Source of the DNA: an uncultured Spartobacteria bacterium
Lineage (GTDB): Bacteria > Verrucomicrobiota > Verrucomicrobiia > Chthoniobacterales > Chthoniobacteraceae
Reading direction: 5' to 3'
Assembly: GCA_903933715.1 (NCBI GenBank)
Contig: CAIZLD010000029.1
Coordinates: forward strand, 16,696 to 80,695
Length of the DNA stretch: 64,000 nt
Under the pieces are notes generated by a model. That model was not told where the DNA came from. It saw only the letters and a list, made by a program, of their open reading frames with translations, and did no database searches. The translations under genes and the position numbers were made by a program. Each line of letters starts with the position of its first letter. The stretch's first letter is position 1. Positions 18,493 to 27,054 of the stretch are shown here, piece after piece.

Positions 18493-19212
18493 ATGATCTT
18501 ATTACCAGCCATCGATCTCATGGGCGGGCAAGTTGTCCGGCTCCGCCAGGGCAAAGCGTCCGATAAAACCGTCTACTCCAACGATCCCGCCGCGTTCGCC
18601 AAAAAATGGGTCGAAGAAGGGGGCGATTTTCTTCACATCGTCGATCTCGACGCTGCGTTCACGGGCGTTTCGCAGAACCTGGAAGCCGTCCGGGCCATTA
18701 CGGCAGCAGCGGGCGTTCCGTGCGAACTGGGCGGCGGCATGCGAACTGAAGAAGCCATTGCCCGCGCCTTCGACGCCGGGGTTGCCCGGATCGTCATTGG
18801 CACTCGCGCCGCCGAGTCGATCGATTTCGTCGCATCGATGGTTCAGAAATTTGGCGGAGAACGGATCGCAGTCGGCATCGACGCCCGCAATGGCGAAGTC
18901 TCCGTGAAAGGCTGGACCGAAGCCTCCGGCGTGAAAGCGCTCGACCTCGCCAAACAGGTCGAAGCCGCCGGCGCCGGAACGATCATTTACACCGACATCG
19001 CCACCGACGGCATGCTCGTCGGGCCCAACTTCGCCGAAATGGAACACCTCCTGGGTGAACTAAAATGCCAACTCATCGCCAGCGGCGGCGTTTCGTGTGC
19101 CGAAGATGTCATCCGGCTCAACGGAATGAACGGGCTCTATGGCACCATCATCGGCAAAGCCCTCTATGACGGGAAAATCGACCTCCCTGCGCTGGTCAAA
19201 GCTCTTCGCTAA
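18493..19212 (+). CDS. hisA: 1-(5-phosphoribosyl)-5-[(5-phosphoribosylamino)methylideneamino]imidazole-4-carboxamide isomerase
   Basis: MILLPAIDLMGGQVVRLRQG ... LHIVDLDAAF ... GGGMR ... IASGGV; canonical HisA (beta/alpha)8 motifs. Confidence 0.9.
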   Translation: MILLPAIDLMGGQVVRLRQGKASDKTVYSNDPAAFAKKWVEEGGDFLHIVDLDAAFTGVSQNLEAVRAITAAAGVPCELGGGMRTEEAIARAFDAGVARIVIGTRAAESIDFVASMVQKFGGERIAVGIDARNGEVSVKGWTEASGVKALDLAKQVEAAGAGTIIYTDIATDGMLVGPNFAEMEHLLGELKCQLIASGGVSCAEDVIRLNGMNGLYGTIIGKALYDGKIDLPALVKALR

Positions 19213-19223
19213 CCCTCCCCATT

Positions 19224-20528
19224 ATGCGCGTTCTCTTTCTTGACTGCATTTCCGGCATCAGCGGCGACATGACCGTCGGCGCATTGTGCGATCTCGGCGT
19301 CAAACCGTCCGCCTTGGAGTGGGAACTCTCCAAGCTCGAACTGGGCGACTACCACATGCATTTCGAGCGCCAGCAGCGCAAAGCCATTGAAGGAGTCAAA
19401 TTCGGCATTCACGAGGGAGCAACGCATCGTCAGGAACAAGACAAGCCATGCACCTGCGGCGGTCACGATCACGGGCATGGACACGACCATGGTCATGAGC
19501 ACGGGCATTCTCACCATGGGCACGGCCACACCCATCACGGGGAAGAACACGCGCACGGGCGTTCCTATGCCGAGATCCGCGCTCTCCTTGAAGCCAGCGA
19601 CCTGAGCGATTTTGTTAAAAAACACGCGATTTCCATCTTTCACCGCATCGCCGTTGCGGAAGGGAAAATCCATGGCAAACCGCCCGAGGAAGTCGGTTTC
19701 CACGAAGTTGGCGCGCTCGATTCCATCGCCGATATTGTCTGCGCTTGCGTGGGGTTCGAAACGCTCGGCATCGACGAAGTTCGCGTATCCGCGCTTTATG
19801 ACGGGCACGGCTGGGTCGATTGCGCCCATGGCCAATTCCCGGTCCCCTGCCCCGCCACGCTGGAATTGCTCGCCGGGATTCCGGTCGGCCAATGGGACGA
19901 ACCGTTCGAATTCATCACCCCCACAGGGGCCGCCATCGTCGCGGAATTTGGGCGTTCTTTTGGAGTCATGCCGACGATGCGGATCGAAAAAATCGGCTAC
20001 GGCATCGGGGGGCGTCAGCTTCCGAATCGCCCCAACGTTTTGAGGGCCGTTCTTGGCGAACGGGAGGCCAACGCCTCTCCCCTTTACCAGACCGACACCG
20101 TCGTGCGGGTCGAGACCAATATTGACGACCTTTCCCCGGAAATCACGGGTGCCGTGCTGGGTCGTTTGATGGAAGCCGGAGCGCTCGATGCCGCTCTGGT
20201 GCCGATCCAGATGAAGAAAAACCGGCCGGGAGTGCAATTGAGCGTCTTGTGCGAAGAAGCCGCGCTTCAGAAGATCGCCGATCTGATTTTTGCCGAAACC
20301 ACCGCCTTTGGGCTGCGCATGGACCGGGTGGAGCGTTGGAAGCTGGAGCGCCGGTTTGAAAATGTCCGCACCCCGTGGGGCGAAATCGTGGTCAAAATCG
20401 GGCTGCGCGGAGGGAAAATCATTCAAATCGCCCCCGAATTCGAGAGCTGCCGCGAGCTAAGCGAGCGAACCGGTCAACCACTCCGGGCGGTTTACGAGGC
20501 GGCCCTGCACTCCTTCCGCCACGAATAA
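19224..20528 (+). CDS. larC: LarC-family nickel insertion protein (DUF111) with a His-rich tract
   Basis: MRVLFLDCISGISGDMTVGALCDLGV N-terminus, His-rich tract GHDHGHGHDHGHEHGHSHHGHGHTHHGEEHAHG, FHEVGALDSIADIV, and C-terminal MKKNRPG. Confidence 0.88.
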   Translation: MRVLFLDCISGISGDMTVGALCDLGVKPSALEWELSKLELGDYHMHFERQQRKAIEGVKFGIHEGATHRQEQDKPCTCGGHDHGHGHDHGHEHGHSHHGHGHTHHGEEHAHGRSYAEIRALLEASDLSDFVKKHAISIFHRIAVAEGKIHGKPPEEVGFHEVGALDSIADIVCACVGFETLGIDEVRVSALYDGHGWVDCAHGQFPVPCPATLELLAGIPVGQWDEPFEFITPTGAAIVAEFGRSFGVMPTMRIEKIGYGIGGRQLPNRPNVLRAVLGEREANASPLYQTDTVVRVETNIDDLSPEITGAVLGRLMEAGALDAALVPIQMKKNRPGVQLSVLCEEAALQKIADLIFAETTAFGLRMDRVERWKLERRFENVRTPWGEIVVKIGLRGGKIIQIAPEFESCRELSERTGQPLRAVYEAALHSFRHE

Positions 20529-20555
20529 CCTGGCCGCCGGAGGCGATTGGCCGGG

Positions 20556-21032
20556 TTAATAAAACTGCGCGTAATCGACGTAGGGAGTCCCGTTCCGGCG
20601 ATACTTCTTTTTGCGGCGATGCATTTTCGCGTTTTTGCGAAGAATCACCCCAATTGCCACAAAAGTGAAAAATGCACCCAGCGCAAACCAGAGCAATGGG
20701 TTGCGCGCGGTGTTCTGTGCCCAGATTGCGCAAAACGAGCCAAATAAAAACATCAGGCAAACCATGTTGATCAGATTGCGGATCTTCGCGTGATGCAGGG
20801 CTGAGGATCGCTCAAGCGATTGCATTTCGGCATCCTCTTCTACAGCCGAGCGTTGGATTACCGAAGGGCGTTGCATTTTGGAAGTCAGAATATCCGCATA
20901 CGGAACCGCTTCCGGGCGTTGTATCTCGGGGTGTTCTGGTTTTTGCTGGCCGAGAACGCTGCTCGAAAGAAACAGCAGAAAAATGAGCAGCGCGCTTCGA
21001 ATCTGAAAAACTAAAAACGACGTGGGGTTCAT
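20556..21032 (-). CDS. Hypothetical membrane protein (signal peptide, two C-terminal TM helices, basic tail)
   Basis: 158-aa ORF with N-terminal LLIFLLFLSSSVLG and TM segments LINMVCLMFLFGSFCAIW and LLWFALGAFFTFVAIGVIL. I recognised no family. Confidence 0.5.
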   Translation of the reverse strand: MNPTSFLVFQIRSALLIFLLFLSSSVLGQQKPEHPEIQRPEAVPYADILTSKMQRPSVIQRSAVEEDAEMQSLERSSALHHAKIRNLINMVCLMFLFGSFCAIWAQNTARNPLLWFALGAFFTFVAIGVILRKNAKMHRRKKKYRRNGTPYVDYAQFY

Positions 21033-21181
21033 TCGAGATCAGATTAGGAGGAGACCTCTCCTTCAACTTGAAAAAGATACCCCCTTTTTTTTCACAAGGG
21101 AATAGTAAATTTCGCTAATGACAAACTTTTTATTAAAAGCAGTTCTTATGCCTGGGTATGATAAAATCTGTAAATTTTGTA

Positions 21182-22135
21182 TTACTCGGCTTCCTTAGCC
21201 CCTTCGGAGAGCACCTCGGATTGCGCGGCGCACAGGCAGCCGCCAAAAATAATCAGCGAACCCGAAAGATAAATCCACATCAGGACCGCCACCACGCTGC
21301 TAAGAGTCCCGTAAAGAATGTTGAATTTTGCGAAATTTACCGCGTAAAAGATGAACCCTTCCTTCAAAAGCAACAGAAACACCGTCGCGAGCGCAGCCGA
21401 AATCCAAACCTCCCTCACCAGGGTCTTTCGACGGGGCGCGTATTTGTAGAACATCAGCAACCCGAAAAAGAGGATCAGCGGAGGAAGAACCCTGGGCGCT
21501 ATTCGTAGGGAATATTCCATCAATTCATAACCAACCACGCCCGAGGAACGCCAATAACGCTCAATCGCTGTCATGATCACTGGGGCAACGACCCCCAATA
21601 GAAGGGTGGATGCCAAAATAGCCATCATACCAAGGTTGGCGATCGGTAATCGCCACCACGAATATTCTTTGGTTCCCCAAGCGCGGTTTACGCCATGCAC
21701 CAAGGCTTGAAAAAAACGCAACCCGCTCCAAAGGAGGGCCAGGATGGCGATGAATCCAGCTTGGGTTCGCCCATTGAGCGCGCCCGTGACCGTCGATTGC
21801 ACGATGTTTTGCTCGTTAGGACTAACTGGAAAATACGTATTAAAAAATGCAAGCACCTGACTGGCTACCGCCTGCTTATCCCCCCAAATCATCGTACCCA
21901 GGGTTATAAACAACAGCAGCAGCGGAAACAGGGCAAAGAAGGCATAGTAAGCGAACGACGCGGCCCGCAGTTCTCCGTCGATTTCCAAATACTTGTAAAT
22001 CATCCGGACCAGGATTTTCCAAACAAGACGGAAAAAGGCCGTTATTTTTGCCGCCGCTTTTGCCCAAAAAGCCTCAAAATTCATTTCACGGCAATCATAA
22101 GCGTTTTTTTTGAGTCCTGACCAGTGGATTTCCAA
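21182..22135 (-). CDS. YihY/BrkB family inner-membrane protein
   Basis: 317 aa with about six TM segments. AASFAYYAFFALFPLLLL and YGTLSSVVAVLMWIYLSGSLIIFG are typical of YihY/virulence factor BrkB. Confidence 0.8.
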   Translation of the reverse strand: MEIHWSGLKKNAYDCREMNFEAFWAKAAAKITAFFRLVWKILVRMIYKYLEIDGELRAASFAYYAFFALFPLLLLFITLGTMIWGDKQAVASQVLAFFNTYFPVSPNEQNIVQSTVTGALNGRTQAGFIAILALLWSGLRFFQALVHGVNRAWGTKEYSWWRLPIANLGMMAILASTLLLGVVAPVIMTAIERYWRSSGVVGYELMEYSLRIAPRVLPPLILFFGLLMFYKYAPRRKTLVREVWISAALATVFLLLLKEGFIFYAVNFAKFNILYGTLSSVVAVLMWIYLSGSLIIFGGCLCAAQSEVLSEGAKEAE

Positions 22136-22163
22136 GCTCCCGCCTAGGGAAGCGAGTTGAAAA

Positions 22164-22913
22164 TTATATTTTCAGAGAACGATAAGTTATTTTGGATGGG
22201 GCGTGCCGATCCAGCAGCACCGCTTCGACCGCTCCCTGCTTGAGTTGCTCCTCGCGGTGAGCGGAGATCGTTTCAGCAGACGGAACCCCGTCTTCCTCGC
22301 GAGTCAACGTCAGATGCCCCACTGTCCAGGCATCCAATCCCACGTTCAGCCTCTCGTCCTGGGATAATCCTGAAATCTTAGTTTTACGTAAAAACTCGCT
22401 CATCATGCTTGCGGAGTGATGCTTGCCGGAAATCACCGCAAACGGCTCCGGGGCGTTTGAGAGCGCCCCTCCATTGGTATGGTAGGAGCCATCGTAATCC
22501 AGAGTCAGCAGCAGATCAGGCTCCCCATTGCGCCCGAGTTCCGCAAAAAGCATTCGCGCCAGATACGGCGGACCGTAGATTTGCTCGAACGCATTCTTCA
22601 GGAGCGGGCTCATGGAATACGAGACCAAACGCCGCAGTGAAACGTCTTGGGCCGACCGGGTAAACCCTTCCGCTCCAGCGACTTCGATCCCCGTCATGCG
22701 AAGCCGCTCAATATCCCCGGGGTGCCCGATGGCTCCCATCGCGATGCGGTCATAAATCTCGAAAAGCTTCTGGCGTTCGCGGCTCACCGTGACCAAAAGG
22801 ATCCCGTCCGCGCCACTTAAAGCAACAATGGGGCTTCCGGCGGCGAGTTGATTTTCAATGTATTCGCGGCGGTTTTGGATGGCCTCGACCCAGCGGTACG
22901 GTTCTTCAATCAT
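22164..22913 (-). CDS. prcA: 20S proteasome alpha-type subunit (bacterial PrcA-like)
   Basis: Collinear similarity to mycobacterial PrcA as I remember it: IYDRIAMGAIGHPGDIERLRMTGIEVA..RSAQDVSLRRL ... LTLDYDGS (cf. [27 protein letters not shown] ... RITYDGS). ATGA start/stop overlap with prcB. Confidence 0.8.
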   Translation of the reverse strand: MIEEPYRWVEAIQNRREYIENQLAAGSPIVALSGADGILLVTVSRERQKLFEIYDRIAMGAIGHPGDIERLRMTGIEVAGAEGFTRSAQDVSLRRLVSYSMSPLLKNAFEQIYGPPYLARMLFAELGRNGEPDLLLTLDYDGSYHTNGGALSNAPEPFAVISGKHHSASMMSEFLRKTKISGLSQDERLNVGLDAWTVGHLTLTREEDGVPSAETISAHREEQLKQGAVEAVLLDRHAPSKITYRSLKI

Positions 22914-23737
22914 GGGGTTGGTTGGTTTTTAGCGTTTTGCAGATCACGTTGGTATGCTTTGATCAGGACGGCGTCGGGAAGGGTCGTGATCCCTTTCGAA
23001 TTGACGATCTTCACCAGCGGATAGACCCGTCCGTGGCGGTCCACTGCCCCGGTTGCGGTATCGTTTTGCGCCGCCGTATCGAGCGCCCGTAACGCCAGCA
23101 GAACGGCCTCTTCTTCGTTCATTTTGAGCATCGGACGCGATCCATAGGCGTTCGCGTATTGCAGCACCGCCCGGACCGAAGGGGAACCGGAGCCGGATGC
23201 CGCAAAATCGGCGACCTCGAACTGCGCCCCCATCACATCATAAAAATAGAGCCGCGAAAGATCGGCTGCGGGATCGTAGGCGGCAAAAATCGGGACCACC
23301 ACCCCGACCCCCTGCAACGCCATGCCGATGTTATCGCGCAGCAGCTTGGAAAGCGCCCGGACCTTGCCCTCCATGCTCATCTCCTGGAGTTGGCTGCGCC
23401 GGTAAAATTGGAACGAATGCTCCAGCATCCGCGCCATTTCCCAGGCGGTCGCGGGCACCCCGGCGATCGCCATCAGTGAAAAGCGGTCAATTTCAAGCAC
23501 CTTATCGGCCCGGTCGTAAATCACCAGATTCCCGGAGGTCGCCCGGCGATCGCCCGCCATGAGGACGCCCCCGGCAAACTTGAACGCCAGAATGGTCGTC
23601 GCCATTGTTTGGCACCCTTCCGGCAACGGCCCGCCGCGTGGGGCATGGACTGGCGGCGGTTCGGGCAAAATCCCGTTGCGGCGCAACAAAGTGGGGAAAT
23701 CGGGCACCCCCGAGTCCGTCATGGGAGATGGTTCCAT
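22910..23737 (-). CDS. prcB: 20S proteasome beta subunit with propeptide and catalytic Thr (PrcB-like)
   Basis: TTILAFKFAGGVLMAGDRRATSGNLV closely parallels Mtb PrcB [26 protein letters not shown]. An approximately 46-aa propeptide precedes the Thr. GSGS motif further downstream. Confidence 0.9.
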   Translation of the reverse strand: MEPSPMTDSGVPDFPTLLRRNGILPEPPPVHAPRGGPLPEGCQTMATTILAFKFAGGVLMAGDRRATSGNLVIYDRADKVLEIDRFSLMAIAGVPATAWEMARMLEHSFQFYRRSQLQEMSMEGKVRALSKLLRDNIGMALQGVGVVVPIFAAYDPAADLSRLYFYDVMGAQFEVADFAASGSGSPSVRAVLQYANAYGSRPMLKMNEEEAVLLALRALDTAAQNDTATGAVDRHGRVYPLVKIVNSKGITTLPDAVLIKAYQRDLQNAKNQPTP

Positions 23738-23740
23738 AAA

Positions 23741-23917
23741 TTATTGGCCGGTGCGCTGGCGGTAACGTTTGGATTGCTCCGGGTCCACCCGGCGCATCCT
23801 CTTGATTAAATCCTTTGTATCGGGTTTCGAGATGTCAGGGGAACGGGGTCCGTCTGAATCTCCCTGTTTGGGCCCCCAAGGTGCGGGAGCCACCGGCCGC
23901 TGGGTTCTCTCTGGCAT
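23741..23917 (-). CDS. UBact-like prokaryotic ubiquitin-like tag (Pup homologue), C-terminal RTGQ
   Basis: 58 aa from ATG 23917 (the tracked ORF extends to a GTG at 23965, which would overlap the divergent LysM gene region). MPERTQRPVAPAPWGPKQGDSDGPRSPDISKPDTKDLIKRMRRVDPEQSKRYRQRTGQ. Small, disordered-looking, ends in R-T-G-Q, with its stop 3 nt before prcB. Confidence 0.7.
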   Translation of the reverse strand: MPERTQRPVAPAPWGPKQGDSDGPRSPDISKPDTKDLIKRMRRVDPEQSKRYRQRTGQ

Positions 23918-23991
23918 AAAATCAGGATCGGTTATAAAAGTGTGCATTGCAGGGCTTGCCTTCACTGGATCGGCATGAGAAAAGTAGAGCC

Positions 23992-24609
23992 ATGCACCGT
24001 TGGTTTCGTTTCTGCGCCTTGATCGCGCTTATGGCTTTTTCGCAAGGTGGCCTCGCCCAAACCCCTTCGGAAGAAACCTCCACCGCCCCCATTCCCAAGC
24101 ACCGGATCAAGGCTTCGCCTTCCGATCTCGTCCAGTTCCATATGGAGGCGCAGGGGAAGAAAATCGACGAATTGAAAGCGCAGCTCGAAGCGCAGGCCCA
24201 GCTCATCCGCGCCCAGACCAAGCTGCTCGAAGAAATCGGCCAGCGTAGCGAGCTTCAGACCAAGCAGATCGAGACCCTCAATGGCGACCTGAACCGGCTC
24301 AACGCCAACCTGCTCTCACGCAACAGCGAACCGGCACCGGGCTCCACCCCCGTCCATACGGCCGAACCGGTGGTCGTTACCCCGACCTCCCCCGTGGCGA
24401 ACCCGGCCGGTCCCGCAACCCCGGCGATCACGCCGGGAGCCCCGACCCATGTGGTCAAACAAGGCGAGACACTGATCTCCATCGCCCGGCAACACGGCCT
24501 CACCGTTTCCGAACTGCTTAAAGTCAACAAGATCGAGGACGAGCGCAAATTGCAGATCGGCCAGACCTTACTTCTCCCCCCACCCCCCAAAAAAACTGAC
24601 AGCCAATAG
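23992..24609 (+). CDS. Secreted coiled-coil protein with a C-terminal LysM domain
   Basis: Start trimmed to ATG 23992 (MHRWFRFCALIALMAFSQGGLAQ signal peptide). Coiled-coil-like EELKAQLEAQAQLIRAQTKLLEE, then LysM (HVVKQGETLISIARQHGLTVSELLKVNKIEDERKLQIGQTLLLP). Confidence 0.8.
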   Translation: MHRWFRFCALIALMAFSQGGLAQTPSEETSTAPIPKHRIKASPSDLVQFHMEAQGKKIDELKAQLEAQAQLIRAQTKLLEEIGQRSELQTKQIETLNGDLNRLNANLLSRNSEPAPGSTPVHTAEPVVVTPTSPVANPAGPATPAITPGAPTHVVKQGETLISIARQHGLTVSELLKVNKIEDERKLQIGQTLLLPPPPKKTDSQ

Positions 24610-24614
24610 AGACA

Positions 24615-25127
24615 ATGGACGACTCAACTCAATGGTTTCTGATGAAACAGTCCGACGGCTCCGTCTTCGGCCCGCTGACGTTCAACCAACTTCACCAATG
24701 GGCGATTGATGCCTATATCGCTCCGCTCGATAAGATTTCCAACGATCAGATCAACTGGGTCAAAGCGCCGATGATTCCCGGGCTCCATATGGATTACCTG
24801 GTGGAACTTGAACCGGGCACCTTCTACGGCCCCACTACCATTGGAGCCATTCGCGAATTCGTGAACGGCGGCGAGATCACCCAGGACGCCCCCCTCACCG
24901 ACTGCAGAACCGGCGAACAAAAAACGTTCAGCGAGTTTGCTGGAACTTCTCTTTCCGAGACTTCGCAGGAAATCATCCGGGTCAGCGCCCGGGAAAACCT
25001 CCAAACGCGCATCCGCGAACTGGAGGAAGCCTTGCTAAAGGAGCGCCAGCAGCGCAAAACCATGGAGGAACTCCGGGTAAAAGCCGAGATCCGGATCGCG
25101 GAACTCGAAGAGCTGCTCGGGATCTAA
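24615..25127 (+). CDS. GYF_2 (DUF4339)-domain protein with a C-terminal coiled coil
   Basis: WFLMKQSDGSVFGPLTFNQLHQWAIDAYIAPLDKISNDQINWVKAPMIPGL fits the W..G..GP...L.....G.I.....W pattern. A second degenerate copy follows. No signal peptide. Confidence 0.6.
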   Translation: MDDSTQWFLMKQSDGSVFGPLTFNQLHQWAIDAYIAPLDKISNDQINWVKAPMIPGLHMDYLVELEPGTFYGPTTIGAIREFVNGGEITQDAPLTDCRTGEQKTFSEFAGTSLSETSQEIIRVSARENLQTRIRELEEALLKERQQRKTMEELRVKAEIRIAELEELLGI

Positions 25128-25182
25128 GCCGACAAAAATCGGTGCTTACAATCACTTCCTTTTTGAGGTAGGTTACGCACGC

Positions 25183-25989
25183 ATGGCTTTATTTAAAAAA
25201 ATTCTGGTCCTCCTTTGGGCAAGCGCCGGGATCGCCTCGGCGGCTTCCGCGCCATTGACCGCAAAGGAACTCGCTTCGGTCGAGAAAATCGACGCCGTAT
25301 CGGTTCCCACCCCCGCCGAGTTGATGGCCGCCTTGAACAAAGTGGCCAAACCGAACTGGCAATCCAAATATCGCCCTCCGATCCCGACCAATTTCTCCAG
25401 CCGCTCCCAGATCGCGCTAAACATCGGGGGGCTCATTGCGGACGGCTACATCGCCGTGGAAGCCGAAGACGCCCAGCAGGTCAAAAACATCGGCAAAGAC
25501 ATCATCGCGCTGGCCAAATGCCTGGCCGTCAGTGAAAGCGTCATTGCGCGCGGCAACAGTATTTTTGAATTTGCCGAACGCAACGAGTGGAACACCTTGA
25601 AAGAAGAACTCGAAGCGACTCAGAACGAAGTCAAACTTGCGCTTGAGGAACAGCACGACTCCGGTTTGGTCAACCTCGTCAGTCTGGGGGCGTGGATTCG
25701 CGGCACCGAGGTCGTCAGCGGATGGGTCGCTGATAACTACACCCCGGAAGCCGCCAAACTCCTGCGTCAGCCGGGCATCGTCGCCCAGATGCGCGCCAAG
25801 CTCGACGAACTCCCGCCCAAAGCCAGGGAAGATTCGCTCGTAAAAGACCTGGCCGCCGGGCTCCCTGAACTCGAACAACAAATTTCTTTTTCGAGCGACA
25901 AAACCCCCACGCAAAACGAAATGAAGAGCGTGAAGGAAATTTCCGGCAAGCTCATGGCCCGCATCTCCACCAAACAAAACCCGAAATGA
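25183..25989 (+). CDS. Hypothetical secreted, predominantly helical protein
   Basis: 268 aa with a signal peptide (ILVLLWASAGIASAASA). I recognised no family. ATGA overlap with the next ORF. Confidence 0.6.
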   Translation: MALFKKILVLLWASAGIASAASAPLTAKELASVEKIDAVSVPTPAELMAALNKVAKPNWQSKYRPPIPTNFSSRSQIALNIGGLIADGYIAVEAEDAQQVKNIGKDIIALAKCLAVSESVIARGNSIFEFAERNEWNTLKEELEATQNEVKLALEEQHDSGLVNLVSLGAWIRGTEVVSGWVADNYTPEAAKLLRQPGIVAQMRAKLDELPPKAREDSLVKDLAAGLPELEQQISFSSDKTPTQNEMKSVKEISGKLMARISTKQNPK

Positions 25990-26435
25990 ACCGGCGCTTG
26001 CTCTTTTTGCTGATTTCGATGGTCGCCCTGAGTTCGCTCCAGGCCGCTGAACCAACCCCCGCCACCCCCAGCGATGCGGAAGTCAAAGCCCGCGCAAGCG
26101 CCCTGGAAGTCGCCGGAGGTTTCTCCAACGAGGGGTTCAAAATCCGCGACGGCCACGCCACGCTTTCCATTACGCCCAAAGCGCCCAGATTCATCCAGGT
26201 CAACCTTTCCAGCGGGAACCAATATTGGTTCATTGCCGCTGCAGCCGATCCGGCTAAACGGCTTGCCGTAAGCCTCTACGACGAAAAAGGAAAGCCGATC
26301 CCCACGGAATCTTACGAAAATAAGGCACAAGCCGCCGCCGGATTCTCGCCCCAAATTAGCGGACCTTACATTGTCCGGGTTGAGGAACTCGAAGGCGCCC
26401 CGGCCACCTTCTGCCTGCTCTACAGCTATAAATAG
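25986..26435 (+). CDS. Hypothetical secreted small protein
   Basis: 149 aa with a signal peptide (LLFLLISMVALSSLQA) and alternating beta-like pattern. I recognised no family. Confidence 0.6.
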   Translation: MNRRLLFLLISMVALSSLQAAEPTPATPSDAEVKARASALEVAGGFSNEGFKIRDGHATLSITPKAPRFIQVNLSSGNQYWFIAAAADPAKRLAVSLYDEKGKPIPTESYENKAQAAAGFSPQISGPYIVRVEELEGAPATFCLLYSYK

Positions 26436-26443
26436 GAATCGCC

Positions 26444-26911
26444 ATGGAATCCGCCACCAAGACCACCGAAAAAACTTCCGGGCCGAGAGTCAAACAATTC
26501 TCCGTGTTCCTTCCCAACAAGGTCGGAGCGCTCGGCGAGATCGTTAAACTGCTGCACGAACACACGATTCATGTCCTGGCTTTGGATGTGCAGGACTCCG
26601 CCGATTGCGCGATCGTCCGCCTCGTCGTGAGCGATCCCGAACAGGTCATGGAGCTCTTTGGCGTTCACGATATTCCCAACGCCGTAAGCAATATTCTCGC
26701 TGTTGAATTGCGCGGTGGAGCCATCGAATTGCCCAAGCTCCTTTCGGCGCTCCTCATGGCCGAAGTCAACATCCACAGTTGTTACGGGTTGCTCCCCCAC
26801 CCGCACGGAAACACCGCCGTGGCCTTGCATGTAGAGGACAACGATTGCGCCGTGGCCGTCTTAAGCAGTCACGGATTCCGGGTTTTGAGCCAGATGGATA
26901 TTTCGCGGTAA
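26444..26911 (+). CDS. Tandem ACT-domain protein
   Basis: QFSVFLPNKVGALGEIVKLLHEHTIHVLALDV, and a second unit AVELRGGAIELPKLLSALLMAEVNIHSCYG; a typical ACT beta-alpha-beta-beta-alpha-beta spacing. Confidence 0.7.
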   Translation: MESATKTTEKTSGPRVKQFSVFLPNKVGALGEIVKLLHEHTIHVLALDVQDSADCAIVRLVVSDPEQVMELFGVHDIPNAVSNILAVELRGGAIELPKLLSALLMAEVNIHSCYGLLPHPHGNTAVALHVEDNDCAVAVLSSHGFRVLSQMDISR

Positions 26912-26963
26912 AGCGATTCCCGTTCTTAGCCGCAAAAAAGCGCAAGAGGCGCAAAAAAAACTG

Positions 26964-27054
26964 CTCGTTCCCAAATGGAGTTTGGGAACGAGAGAAAGGC
27001 GCAAAGAAGAGCAGTGCTTGTCTTTCCTTTGCGCCTTTGCGTCTTTGCGAGAGA
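26964..27054. repeat. Composite intergenic repeat: a GTTCCCAAA hairpin plus a GCAAAG-family inverted pair, filling the convergent gap between the ACT gene and lpxK
   Basis: CTCGTTCCCAAA(26964-26975)/TTTGGGAACGAG(26981-26992), then AAAGGCGCAAAG(26995-27006) pairing with CTTTGCGCCTTT(27027-27038), ending in GCGTCTTTGCGAGAGA at the lpxK stop. Confidence 0.8.

Noticed and set aside
19440-19565. His-codon-rich stretch in larC as a possible slippage-prone repeat or sequencing artefact
   Set aside because: The codons alternate irregularly (CAC/CAT/GGC/GAC), so this is not a true tandem DNA repeat. His-rich linkers are a normal LarC feature.
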